64,000 nucleotides of DNA from Patescibacteria group bacterium. GTDB taxonomy: Bacteria; Patescibacteriota; Patescibacteriia; UBA11705; DATKZF01. Each line of letters opens with the position of its first letter. Within the stretch, counting starts at the first letter, position 1. The position numbers were made by a program, and so were the translations under genes. The notes beneath the pieces were generated by a model. The model worked only from the letters and a program-made list of their open reading frames with translations. It made no database searches and was not told where the DNA came from. Positions 1 to 9,159 of this stretch are shown piece after piece. The stretch spans positions 3,349-67,348 of the forward strand of contig JBMORT010000009.1 in NCBI GenBank assembly GCA_049319825.1. Reading direction: 5' to 3'.

Positions 1-263
1 TCAACCTGCCCATTCATCACCGCGTCAATAACTTGGTTCGGTGCTTCAAATTTTACAAGTTCAACATCAAAACCTGCGTCTTTGAAATATCCTTTTTCAA
101 CTGCGACATACAATGGCAAAAAGTGTGTAATAGGATAATAGGCAATTTTTACCTGTGTTGTTTCAGTGACCCGCTCTGATGGTTTTTGTTGTATTAGAAA
201 AATGACCCCAATAACTGTAATTATAATAACTGCTCCCAGAATAATTTTTGTTGTTTTGTTCAT
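1..263 (-). CDS. ABC transporter substrate-binding protein (SsuA/NMT1-like), 5' part; runs off the window
   Basis: Manual translation from ATG 263: MNKTTKIILGAVIIITVIGVIFLIQQKP...KIAYYPITHFLPLYVAVEKGYFKDAGFDVELVKF; N-terminal TM anchor and the PLYVA-EKGYF motif. Confidence 0.75.
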   Translation of the reverse strand, partial: MNKTTKIILGAVIIITVIGVIFLIQQKPSERVTETTQVKIAYYPITHFLPLYVAVEKGYFKDAGFDVELVKFEAPNQVIDAVMNGQV

Positions 264-423
264 ATTATTATTACATTAGTTAATAGTTTATAAATAATTC
301 GTTTTCGGAGCGTAGCGGAGAAAACACCTTATTTCCCCTCTATTAAAAATAAAATCAAAATTTCACCCCCTTAAAAATTCTATAACAATACCTTATAAAA
401 GAAAAATTTTTAGAAAAATATGT

Positions 424-521
424 CATATAACGTTAGGGCTATACGAAGTTTTGCGACTGAAAGGAGCAAAATTTGGGTGAGGGGTGAGCCGAGCCCCGAA
501 CCGTATAGCCCTTGTTATACG
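424..521. repeat. attC-like recombination site 1
   Basis: TATAAC(426-431)...GTTATA(514-519) enclosing the 11-bp stem AGGGCTATACG/CGTATAGCCCT and two inner hairpins joined by GGGTGA...GAAC. Confidence 0.75.
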
Positions 522-643
522 AGGGTGAGCGACCAACGGGAGCGAAAGCGCAGCGTCCCCCGAGCGACTGAAAGGAGCGAAGGCGTATGATGCAAAATTT
601 TTACCGTTCACTATGTTATTGGTCAAACCGTTAAGGGGTAAAT

Positions 644-1354
644 TTATTTCGTCGCAACTATAAGGGCTGTATTGAGATATTCATACCGCACTTCTACATT
701 TGAAAAGCCAACTTCTTTGAGCCAAGCGATTTGATCCTCAATCGGCGCAAGCAGGTTAAGAAATTTATGATGATGTGCCCATTCTTCCAATGATTTTTCG
801 TCGCGAGCATTTTCCACGAGGTGATGATAATGACGAGCATCATTAACGGCTGCCTTGTGATTGTCTTTGTACGTTACAAGGTCTCCAAAGATGAATACAC
901 CCCCAGCTTTGAGTGAATCAAAGATTTTTCTGAACAATAATTTCTTCCCCTCATCTTTTTGATGATGAAGACCAATAACAGAAACGACCATATCGAAATC
1001 AGTATCAAAGTCCATTTCAGAGTAATCGCCCAACAGATAGTTTACTTTGTATTTTGAAAGTCGTTTCTTGGCCCCATCCATCATTTGTTTAGAAAAATCT
1101 ACAGCCGTTAATGTTGCGGTCGGAATAAGTTCAAGAATTTTCTCAGAAGTAAGTCCTGTGCCTATGCCGAGCTCCAAAATCTTCACCACCTCGTGGCTTT
1201 GAGCGTATTCTCGAACAGAATCTACGATTGCTTTATGTAGCTCGTCGTGCCCAGGAATAGAGCGACGAATATCATCATCATAAATTTCGTTGGCGTATTT
1301 ATCGTAGTTCAAATCGCCTGCGTTTACATTTGTTGTTTTAGCCATAGTGTTCAC
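644..1354 (-). CDS. Class I SAM-dependent methyltransferase (CmoA-like)
   Basis: Motif I ILELGIGTG; YDDDIRRSIPGHDEL N-terminus; overlaps the stop of the upstream gene. Confidence 0.85.
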   Translation of the reverse strand: MNTMAKTTNVNAGDLNYDKYANEIYDDDIRRSIPGHDELHKAIVDSVREYAQSHEVVKILELGIGTGLTSEKILELIPTATLTAVDFSKQMMDGAKKRLSKYKVNYLLGDYSEMDFDTDFDMVVSVIGLHHQKDEGKKLLFRKIFDSLKAGGVFIFGDLVTYKDNHKAAVNDARHYHHLVENARDEKSLEEWAHHHKFLNLLAPIEDQIAWLKEVGFSNVEVRYEYLNTALIVATK

Positions 1355-2688
1355 TTATTTATAGGTATGAATATCTCCTCGTGTGGTACTGCTTTGTATT
1401 TTAGTTTTGGACCATTTTTTGCAATTTCGGTCAAAGCGCTGAGCAGCAAATCAATATCTTTCTTTGTGTTGTGTATAGCGAAACTTGCCCGCACAATTCC
1501 ATAAGAAGCAAGACGATTACCATTTGCAATTTGTTTTTCTATCTTTTTTTGCTCGGCGTCTGAAATTTTGTGCCAACGTCGAACAAGCCGATGATTGCAA
1601 ATGGTGCCGGCACGTGTTTCTATCCCATACTCGTGTTCCAGAATGGACGCAAGCTGGGCGTGGTGAATGCCTGAAATGTTAAACGGGAAAGTACCGATAC
1701 GATTTTCAGTAAGATATTTTTCAGACGGTACATACATTGTAATGTTTGGGACTTTCGGCAGGCGCTCAGCCATGTACTCGACCAGCTCGCGCTCATGTTT
1801 TTCAACGGCTTTCCAGCTTGCGTCCATAAGAACTTTGCAACTAGAAGCACATGCAACAATTCCAGTAACATTCCACGTGCCGGTTTGGTGACGCTCTTGC
1901 GGCGGTGCCCAGAGAATATCTTTTTCACTTATCATGTCTATTGAGCCACCGCCTGGGTCTGCAGGAATTGTGTCGAGTAGGGATTTTGGTAGAGCGAGGA
2001 CACCAATTCCAAAAGGGGCGTAGACTTTGTGAGCAGAAAAAGCAAGAGCGTCAACACCGTCTTGCTTCATATCCATTTTTCTGTGCGGAGCAAGTTGAGC
2101 GGCGTCTATAAACAAAAGAGCTTTGTGTTTGTGTGCGATTTTCGAAAGTTTTTGAATGTCGGGAATATAGCCAGTCTGGTTTGATGCACCGGTCATGGTA
2201 ATCAGTTTGAGATTTTTGCCATGCTTTGCAGCTTTCTTTTCGAGATCACCGTAGTCAATCGAGCCGTCTTCAAATGCGTGGACTTCGACGACTTGCGCCT
2301 CGGTATTGTAATGCCACGCAAGATTGTTTGATGTATGCTCGATGGACGAAGTGATGACAACATCTGATTTTTTCAGGCGCAACATTCTTGCGAAAAGATT
2401 TATAGCCGCACTTGTATTTTGTGTAAAAAGCAAAGCATGGCTCTCTGGCAAATTCAAAAACTTTCGAATACTGCTCAGCGCGTCCTGAACTTTGAGAAAA
2501 GTAATGTTTGCATGAGGCCCTGCACCCCTGTGCAAGGCTCCGTATGTTTGTAAAAAATGGTTCACCTCTTTGAGAGTTTTCTCAAATGGTGGAGTGGTTG
2601 CGGCATTGTTCAGCAGTACCACACGAGTTTTCTTGCCCGTGGTTAAAGTAATGCTGTCATTTGTGCCGATAACTTTTGGTAGTGTCAT
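1351..2688 (-). CDS. Class V PLP aminotransferase / cysteine desulfurase (SufS-like)
   Basis: NNAATT, EHTSN, DAAQ, FSAHK (PLP Lys), RAGTIC (catalytic Cys position). Confidence 0.9.
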   Translation of the reverse strand: MTLPKVIGTNDSITLTTGKKTRVVLLNNAATTPPFEKTLKEVNHFLQTYGALHRGAGPHANITFLKVQDALSSIRKFLNLPESHALLFTQNTSAAINLFARMLRLKKSDVVITSSIEHTSNNLAWHYNTEAQVVEVHAFEDGSIDYGDLEKKAAKHGKNLKLITMTGASNQTGYIPDIQKLSKIAHKHKALLFIDAAQLAPHRKMDMKQDGVDALAFSAHKVYAPFGIGVLALPKSLLDTIPADPGGGSIDMISEKDILWAPPQERHQTGTWNVTGIVACASSCKVLMDASWKAVEKHERELVEYMAERLPKVPNITMYVPSEKYLTENRIGTFPFNISGIHHAQLASILEHEYGIETRAGTICNHRLVRRWHKISDAEQKKIEKQIANGNRLASYGIVRASFAIHNTKKDIDLLLSALTEIAKNGPKLKYKAVPHEEIFIPINK

Positions 2689-2769
2689 AAGAAATAAATT
2701 TGCCTCAAAGTTAATAAATATTACGGTTTGACCTCGGGATTAGTTAGGTAAAAATTTTGCAGCATATGT

Positions 2770-2893
2770 CGTATAACGTCCCTGCATAGCCGATGTTCGC
2801 TGGCTGTATAATATCGCACGAAGTGCGGTACAGCCAGCGAATATGGGAGAGGGCTTTTGTAAAAAGCCCGAACCGGCTATGCAGTGTTATATG
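2770..2893. repeat. attC-like recombination site 2
   Basis: Same architecture as site 1: TATAAC, stem CTGCATAGCCG/CGGCTATGCAG, inner hairpins, GGGAGA...GAAC, GTTATA. Confidence 0.75.
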
Positions 2894-2941
2894 TTGTAAT
2901 TAAATTCAGCGAGCGAAGCGAGCTATTATTGGGGCAATTTT

Positions 2942-4078
2942 TTACGAAAGTAGCCGTGGTTTTCCATATCTATCCGCTTTGTCGTAGACCATGGAAACAA
3001 AACGCTTTCCTTGTGTATGTTGCGCCCAAATATCCGCTATGTAGTGAGCGATGAGGGACGTGTGGCCTTGTTGTTGTTCAGGCGGCAGTCCTTCATTGTA
3101 TTTGAGCATGTCCAAAATTTGTTTGTCTGGTACTGGAACAACGTCATCAACAAGGCCACGTTCAACCGCTTCTGTCATGAACGGAAACGCAATGTTGCCG
3201 AAGCCACCAGTGCCGGGAAGTTCATGAAAGCTATATCCTTCAGGCACGTCCTCATCGCGAACGAAGCGAGGTGCCACATGTCCCCAACGATCTTTGTATC
3301 TTTTGTAGTACGGGCAGGCCTCCATTGGTTCAAAGCCAATGACTTTTGTGTTTGGATTGATCTGTTTGAGCCGCTCGGCAATACCCAAAATTGTGCTACC
3401 GTTGCCAACCCCACCGATGAAATAATCGATCGGTTGACCAGGATATTTTTGTGCAACTTCATCTGCTAGCGAATGAAAGGCAGAGGGAGTGCGGGGATCT
3501 TGTGAATGATTTGGCATCCAGATTTTATGGCCAGTTGTTTTTACTTTGTCTTTGTTTTCTCGTAAGTAGCGCACCATCATTTCAGCACATGCTTGTAGAT
3601 AGCGTTCTCTGTCATCGCTGTAATGTACTTCTGCTAAATGTTCAAGTTCGGTGCGCCGTGCTTCTGGAATAAAACCAGGTGTAAAAACAACTGGCTTAAA
3701 CCCAAGTTTATTGCACATCCAAGAGAAAGAAATCCCCGCACTCCCGGACGTTGTTTCAAGTAGAGTGTCGCCATGTGCGATGATACCTTCTTTTTCAAGT
3801 TCATGGAGCAGATGAAGATAAACTCTGTCGTAGTGATTTTCGGTGGGGTTGGCTGTCTCATCGCTTTGAATGAGTACGTTGCCATTGACGAGCGGCACTT
3901 CGATTTTGGGGGTATTGCCGACAAGTGTTTCTATGCGCTCATACCTTTGCTCTTGAGTTAAACCCTCAAGTTCTTCGTCAGTAAGGCCTGCCCGTACTTC
4001 TTTTTCATGAAGTCGAGCCTGAAATTCAGTTTGTATTTGTGGCACCTCGCGACTTTCAAATGGGCGTTTTGTTTCCAT
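2942..4078 (-). CDS. Fold-type II PLP enzyme, cysteine synthase family, with Tyr at the Schiff-base Lys position
   Basis: NPTENHYDR (canonical NPxxSxKDR), ETTSGSAG, GVGNGSTILG. Confidence 0.8.
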   Translation of the reverse strand: METKRPFESREVPQIQTEFQARLHEKEVRAGLTDEELEGLTQEQRYERIETLVGNTPKIEVPLVNGNVLIQSDETANPTENHYDRVYLHLLHELEKEGIIAHGDTLLETTSGSAGISFSWMCNKLGFKPVVFTPGFIPEARRTELEHLAEVHYSDDRERYLQACAEMMVRYLRENKDKVKTTGHKIWMPNHSQDPRTPSAFHSLADEVAQKYPGQPIDYFIGGVGNGSTILGIAERLKQINPNTKVIGFEPMEACPYYKRYKDRWGHVAPRFVRDEDVPEGYSFHELPGTGGFGNIAFPFMTEAVERGLVDDVVPVPDKQILDMLKYNEGLPPEQQQGHTSLIAHYIADIWAQHTQGKRFVSMVYDKADRYGKPRLLS

Positions 4079-4202
4079 AGTTTTAAAGTTTAATCTTGTT
4101 ATTTTATCATAAATAAGGTAAAAAATCGACCTTTTTGCGGATATTTGGAGTAAAAAATTGCCCCAATAATCTCTTTTGCGTTAGCAAAAGAGGAATTTAA
4201 TT

Positions 4203-4272
4203 ATTGCATATAACTGGTTTCTATACGAAGTTTGTACGTATTAAGTCATTAAATTTGGTTGTTATGCGAATT
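4203..4272. other. Array-terminal attI-like / dif-like site
   Basis: Minus strand ACTTCGTATAG-AAACCAG-TTATATGCAAT; an extra XerC-arm-like TTATGCGAATT at 4262-4272; no long hairpin as in the attC-like sites. Confidence 0.5.
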
Positions 4273-6502
4273 ATTGTATCGTCAGCATTATATCATTACT
4301 ATACACCCCACAACTGCCGCCGAGGTATTGGCAGACTCGGAAGTGGTAAATTTTCCCGACTTCCAAACCCGTCCACGTGTCCGATGACTGGGTAGGGGAG
4401 GTGAGATAATGATATTCATTGCCCGGATATACCGGATTCGGGCTTTCCGAAACGACCACTTTATAACCTTTGTCAAAACTCAGCGTGCCGCTGGTGCTCC
4501 AGCTCAGATTGGCTTTGCCATCGCTCGAAGATCCGGATAAGCTGATTGATCCGGTTTGCGGCGCCGGAGAAGATTCTGAAATTGTCAGCGCGATGTCATT
4601 GCTGTAAACTCCGCACTTGCCGTCGATGTATTGGCAAGCTCTGAAGTGATAGGTGCCGGCGGCTAGGCCTTCCCAGGTAACGCTTCTGGCGGCGGAATCA
4701 GATAAGTATTTGTAATCATCACCGGGATAAACCGGATTGGGACTGGTTGATTTAACGATTTTAAATCCGTTGGGGGCGTCAACATTGCTGGTTGACCACT
4801 TGAGCACGACGGAATTATTGCTGACCGATCCGGATAAGCTGATGGTACCTGCCGGTGATGGGGCGGATGATTTAATGGTAACGGTAATGTCGTTACTGTA
4901 TATATTGCAGCCGCTGCCGGTATAGTCGCAGACGCGAAAATGATAAGTGCCGGCCGATAGATCTTTCCAGGTAAAACTGCGGGTGGCCGGATCCGACAGA
5001 TAATTATTAGAATCTCCCGGATACGAAGGATTGGCATTGCCGCTTTTGACGACTTTAAATCCTTTTATGGCATCAAGATCGCTGGTCTGCCAAGATAATT
5101 TGGCGCTGCCGCCATCCGTTGAACCGGATAAGCTGATCGAGCCGGATTTTTGAGTTTCTTGTTTATCAATGGTCACTTTGACGTCATTGGAATACGGCTC
5201 GCATTTGCCGCCTTCGGCATAGACGCATACCCGGAAATGCTTAACGCCCTCGCTCACATCTTGCCAGGTGTATGAGCGCGCCTCGTTTTGAACAATATAA
5301 AGCGATTCATTTTGCGGAAAGGCCGGATTTTCCGCGCCGCCCATTACCAGCTTGAATCCCTTTAATGTTTTCGATTCATCGATCGACCATGTCAATTTGA
5401 CGTCATTTTCGCTGACAGCGGCCGTTAATTTAAAATCAGAGTCCGCCGCGGCCGTATCTTTATCGTAATTGATGGTTATCGTTTTTTTCGTTTGCGAATC
5501 TCCCTTGTCGGCAATTATTTCAACGATGTTTTTACCGTCGGACAATTCCAGCTCGTGTTCAAATGAATAATCGTCTGTAACACCGACAGCCACGCCGGCG
5601 ATAGTTATTTTGGCGTCGGCCTCGGTTTGGCCTTTGATAATGAATGAATCTTCGGCCGTGGTTTGCTCCGCCGAAGCCGGGTTGCTGATTTCCAGCTTGA
5701 CCTCTTCGGCGAAAATTCCCAGATTGAAATTCTTTTGATTGTCCTGCTCTTTATTCCAGCTTAGCCATTCGTTTTTAAGTAGAGTTTTGGGATCGGCTTT
5801 TTCGGTGGCAATAATGTCATTTTGATCTTTGGTTTTATCGATCAAACACAGCTCGCCTTGATTGATCGTTTTCATGTTGAGCAGTTTATTATCCTGATAA
5901 ACTTTTACCTTAACTTGGCTTTCGACCACCGTCAGCCTGAGCTCTTTTTCATTTTTCGTTTCAGTGTTAAAAGCCGTGCCTTGAGCCGTTAATTCATTTT
6001 CGTTGGCAATGACTTTATAGGTTATCGATCCACCGGATTTCACGCGATGGTAAGCGCTGCCCGCGAACTGCTCGATGGTTATTTCGGAATCGTCGATTTG
6101 GTTAATGGTCACCAAAGTCTCCTCAGCCAATCGGAGCATACTGCCATTGGGAAAAGAAATTTCCGCTTTGCTCGCCGCCAGAGTTCTGACGGAGTCGCCG
6201 ATATTAATTTTTTGCGTGAAGCTCAGCGCCACCCAGTCGCTCGCGCCGCTGGGCAAATATTCGGCTTGGCCGCTGAGAAATTTTATTTCGGCATCTTGTA
6301 TGACCGCGGTGGGCGCGGCAATATTTTGATCTGCCAGTTGCGGTTGCGGCGCGGGTCCTTTGGCCAAAGACCAAACGACGAAGCCGCCAACGGCCACGAT
6401 GACGATCAGCAGAATATAAAAGCCCTTTGTTTTGTAAAACGGCTTTTTAAAATAATTTTTTTCTCTGTGGTTTGAATTGAATGAGCTGTAAACTTGAGGC
6501 AT
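4271..6502 (-). CDS. Membrane-anchored FecR-domain protein with an Ig-like domain and four FN3-like repeats
   Basis: TM, then GDSVRT..SKAEISFPNGSMLRLAEET (FecR); repeated W...GFK...YHFRVC.Y...C..YSND units; start taken at MPQVY. Confidence 0.75.
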   Translation of the reverse strand: MPQVYSSFNSNHREKNYFKKPFYKTKGFYILLIVIVAVGGFVVWSLAKGPAPQPQLADQNIAAPTAVIQDAEIKFLSGQAEYLPSGASDWVALSFTQKINIGDSVRTLAASKAEISFPNGSMLRLAEETLVTINQIDDSEITIEQFAGSAYHRVKSGGSITYKVIANENELTAQGTAFNTETKNEKELRLTVVESQVKVKVYQDNKLLNMKTINQGELCLIDKTKDQNDIIATEKADPKTLLKNEWLSWNKEQDNQKNFNLGIFAEEVKLEISNPASAEQTTAEDSFIIKGQTEADAKITIAGVAVGVTDDYSFEHELELSDGKNIVEIIADKGDSQTKKTITINYDKDTAAADSDFKLTAAVSENDVKLTWSIDESKTLKGFKLVMGGAENPAFPQNESLYIVQNEARSYTWQDVSEGVKHFRVCVYAEGGKCEPYSNDVKVTIDKQETQKSGSISLSGSTDGGSAKLSWQTSDLDAIKGFKVVKSGNANPSYPGDSNNYLSDPATRSFTWKDLSAGTYHFRVCDYTGSGCNIYSNDITVTIKSSAPSPAGTISLSGSVSNNSVVLKWSTSNVDAPNGFKIVKSTSPNPVYPGDDYKYLSDSAARSVTWEGLAAGTYHFRACQYIDGKCGVYSNDIALTISESSPAPQTGSISLSGSSSDGKANLSWSTSGTLSFDKGYKVVVSESPNPVYPGNEYHYLTSPTQSSDTWTGLEVGKIYHFRVCQYLGGSCGVYSNDIMLTIQ

Positions 6503-6570
6503 ACGGTTGAAGTTAAAAGTAAAATTGAAAAGTGAAAAAAATTTTTGTCGCCGGACATCTTTCAAATTTT

Positions 6571-8172
6571 TTAAATGTCATTTTTCATTTTTACCTTATA
6601 TTTTATATTCTTTACCATGTAGGTGCCCTGCAGTTTATACCCCAGTTTGCGATAAAAGCCTCTGACGCCCACGCCGGATATCACTGCCATTTTATCATAT
6701 CCTGCTTTTTTCGCAATTTTTTCGGATTCCTTCATCAATTTAGAGCCAAAACCAAGGTGCTGAACAGCCCGGTCTTCCTTCTTTGCTATTGGCACCAGCC
6801 GGCCGTAAGTATGAACTTCGCGGATCAGGGCCGCGTTTTTTAATTCCGGAATGAAGTTGTCTTTTGAGCTGGGTAGGCGCAGCCGCAGGAACGCGTATAA
6901 GATTTTCTGGTCTTTTGACGCGAATTGCAAAAAGTATTCAGTGCCGCCGCTGGCCTGATATTTTCTGGTAAAAAGCTTGGCGTCAGCGACGCGGGAAATA
7001 TTGGTGCGCGCTTCGCGGCAACGGGTGCATTTGCATAATTTTTTTTGAGCGGCCAGCTCGGCTTTCAGATATTGCCGGAGATTGGAAATGACATTGCCGG
7101 CTTCGATCGATTCTTTGGGAATATCTCTGATCAGCCTGATGATTCTCACATAGTCTGGGACTGTCAGTTTTATTTTTAAAAGCAAATCAACCAATTGCTT
7201 GTCAGTATATGGTTTGTATTTGCCCGCGCGCCACCAATTGTAAAGCTCAGATCCTTTGACCACGACGCACGGATAAATTTTAAGCATGTCAGGCTGAAAA
7301 TCCGGATTTGAAAACAATTCTTGGAAAACTTCCAGGTCTTTTTTCGGAGTTGCCCCGGGCAGGTTCGGCATCAGGTGATAGGCGACCTTAAATCCGGCGT
7401 CTTTGAGCAACTTGGTCGCCCGGATGATTTCTTTTCGGCCGTGCCCGCGCTTGTTTAATTTTAAAATGTTATCATCAGTGGTTTGAATGCCGATTTCCAC
7501 TTTGGTGCAGCCGAGCAGGCGATATCTTTTGATTTCTTCTTCGGTAATATAATCAGGCCTGGTCTCGAGAGTTACGCCGACAATGCGATGCTTGGCGGTT
7601 TCGTTCAGCTTTTGCGCTGCTTTCAAACTCGAGGAAACTTTTCCATTGCCGGCGTCAAAGCAGCGCTTGATATAATTGGTCTGATATCTTTTGGGCAGGC
7701 AAGACCAGGTGCCGCCCATGACAATCAGTTCGATTTTATCAGTGGCATGGCCATTGTCAGCCAGCGCTTTGAGTCTGACGGAAACTTGTTTGAAAGGATC
7801 AAACTTAGTCAGCACCGCGCGCATCACTGCCGGTTCGTTTGACAAATAGCTTTTAGGCATTTGCGCTTCAGTCGGGCAGAATGCGCATTTGCCCGGGCAG
7901 GGATAAGATTTTGTCAGCACGGCAATGGGAGCGACTCCGGACAAAGTTCTGATCGCGCGTTTTTTAAGCAGCAGCCGCAGCGACGGATTGTCAGCGATTT
8001 CGTCCAATGACAAAAGCTCCTGATACAAACTTAAAAGTTCAGCATTCGTGACCATGGCGCTGATTTTTTCATCTCTGGCAAATTTGCGTTTTATTTTATT
8101 GAGTCCGGCATGAGTTTTCGGATTTTTTTGAAGCAAAATGCGCAGTAGTTTAGTTGTGTTTTCTTTTGACAT
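6571..8172 (-). CDS. elp3: Elp3 radical SAM/GNAT tRNA U34 acetyltransferase
   Basis: CPGKCAFCP, MPKSYLSNEPA, ETRPD, LKIYPC, REVHTYG, VQHLGFG, ISGVGVRGFYRKLGY; start taken at MSKEN. Confidence 0.93.
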   Translation of the reverse strand: MSKENTTKLLRILLQKNPKTHAGLNKIKRKFARDEKISAMVTNAELLSLYQELLSLDEIADNPSLRLLLKKRAIRTLSGVAPIAVLTKSYPCPGKCAFCPTEAQMPKSYLSNEPAVMRAVLTKFDPFKQVSVRLKALADNGHATDKIELIVMGGTWSCLPKRYQTNYIKRCFDAGNGKVSSSLKAAQKLNETAKHRIVGVTLETRPDYITEEEIKRYRLLGCTKVEIGIQTTDDNILKLNKRGHGRKEIIRATKLLKDAGFKVAYHLMPNLPGATPKKDLEVFQELFSNPDFQPDMLKIYPCVVVKGSELYNWWRAGKYKPYTDKQLVDLLLKIKLTVPDYVRIIRLIRDIPKESIEAGNVISNLRQYLKAELAAQKKLCKCTRCREARTNISRVADAKLFTRKYQASGGTEYFLQFASKDQKILYAFLRLRLPSSKDNFIPELKNAALIREVHTYGRLVPIAKKEDRAVQHLGFGSKLMKESEKIAKKAGYDKMAVISGVGVRGFYRKLGYKLQGTYMVKNIKYKVKMKNDI

Positions 8173-8317
8173 TGGTTGTATTTTATGGTAAATTAAGTTA
8201 AAAGTCAAGATAAATCCGAATGACTCGAATTTCCGACCCCAATACCACGAATATTTACTTTTTTTTATTCGGGGCATTTGGGGTATTCGGGTATATTCGG
8301 GGATTCGGATTATAAAT

Positions 8318-9034
8318 ATGCAGGATACAACAAAAAAAGGCTACAAAGCCATTGCCCATGAATTCGCTGCCAGCCGTGAAAGGTTATGGCCCGAGCTTAA
8401 TATTTTTAAAAAATATATTGGCGATAATGACCAGGTGCTTGATCTGGGCTGCGGAAACGGCCGGCTAATTCAGCTTTTCGAAGGCAGGCAGGTCAAATAT
8501 TTGGGAATAGATAATAATGCCGAGTTGATTGAGTATGCGAAAGAAAAATATCCGGATAAAAAGTTTATTGTCTCGGATGTTTTGGAATTCAATCCTGAAG
8601 AAAAATTCGACGTGATCTTCATGATTGCCGTGCTTAATCATTTTAATCGAGGTGATCGCAAAGATATTTTAAAAAAAGTTTACCAGTGGCTTACGCCCGG
8701 CGGATATTTGCTGATGGCCAATTGGAACATGAATAATTTGAAAAATAAAAAATCCCGCTGGTATTCAAAAACTGAAAACGGCGCGGTGATAACCGAATGG
8801 AAGACAGACAGAGGCGAAGTCGGCAAATTGATTTATTACACCTTAACTAAAAGCAAGATTAAAAAAGAATTAAAGGATTTTGATGTTTTGAAAAACAATT
8901 ATTATACCAATGGCAAAAGGTCCAGTGTGTTGTTTGGCAATAATTTATTGACTGCTGCTAAGAAAATTAATGTCGAGTGTGAAGCGTTTGATAAGGCTGA
9001 GAAAGGAATACAAGGCGCGGCGTGCGCCACGTAG
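8318..9034 (+). CDS. Trm9/ALKBH8-like SAM methyltransferase
   Basis: Y..IA..F..SR...WP N-terminal motif, VLDLGCGNGR, IAVLNH. Confidence 0.7.
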   Translation: MQDTTKKGYKAIAHEFAASRERLWPELNIFKKYIGDNDQVLDLGCGNGRLIQLFEGRQVKYLGIDNNAELIEYAKEKYPDKKFIVSDVLEFNPEEKFDVIFMIAVLNHFNRGDRKDILKKVYQWLTPGGYLLMANWNMNNLKNKKSRWYSKTENGAVITEWKTDRGEVGKLIYYTLTKSKIKKELKDFDVLKNNYYTNGKRSSVLFGNNLLTAAKKINVECEAFDKAEKGIQGAACAT

Positions 9035-9159
9035 TGAGATTTTTAATTTATAATTTTTCAATTTTACGGCTAATCATGGTTTTTTAAGGTAATTGCCGTG
9101 TCTTTGCCTCGATAAAATTAAAAATTGAAAATTCGCAATCAACCTGCTAAGCTTTCATT

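Noticed and set aside
470-515. GAACCG/GGGAGAGGG motifs resembling group II intron domains V-VI
   Set aside because: Wrong order, no complete D5 hairpin or RT; better explained as arms of the attC-like sites.
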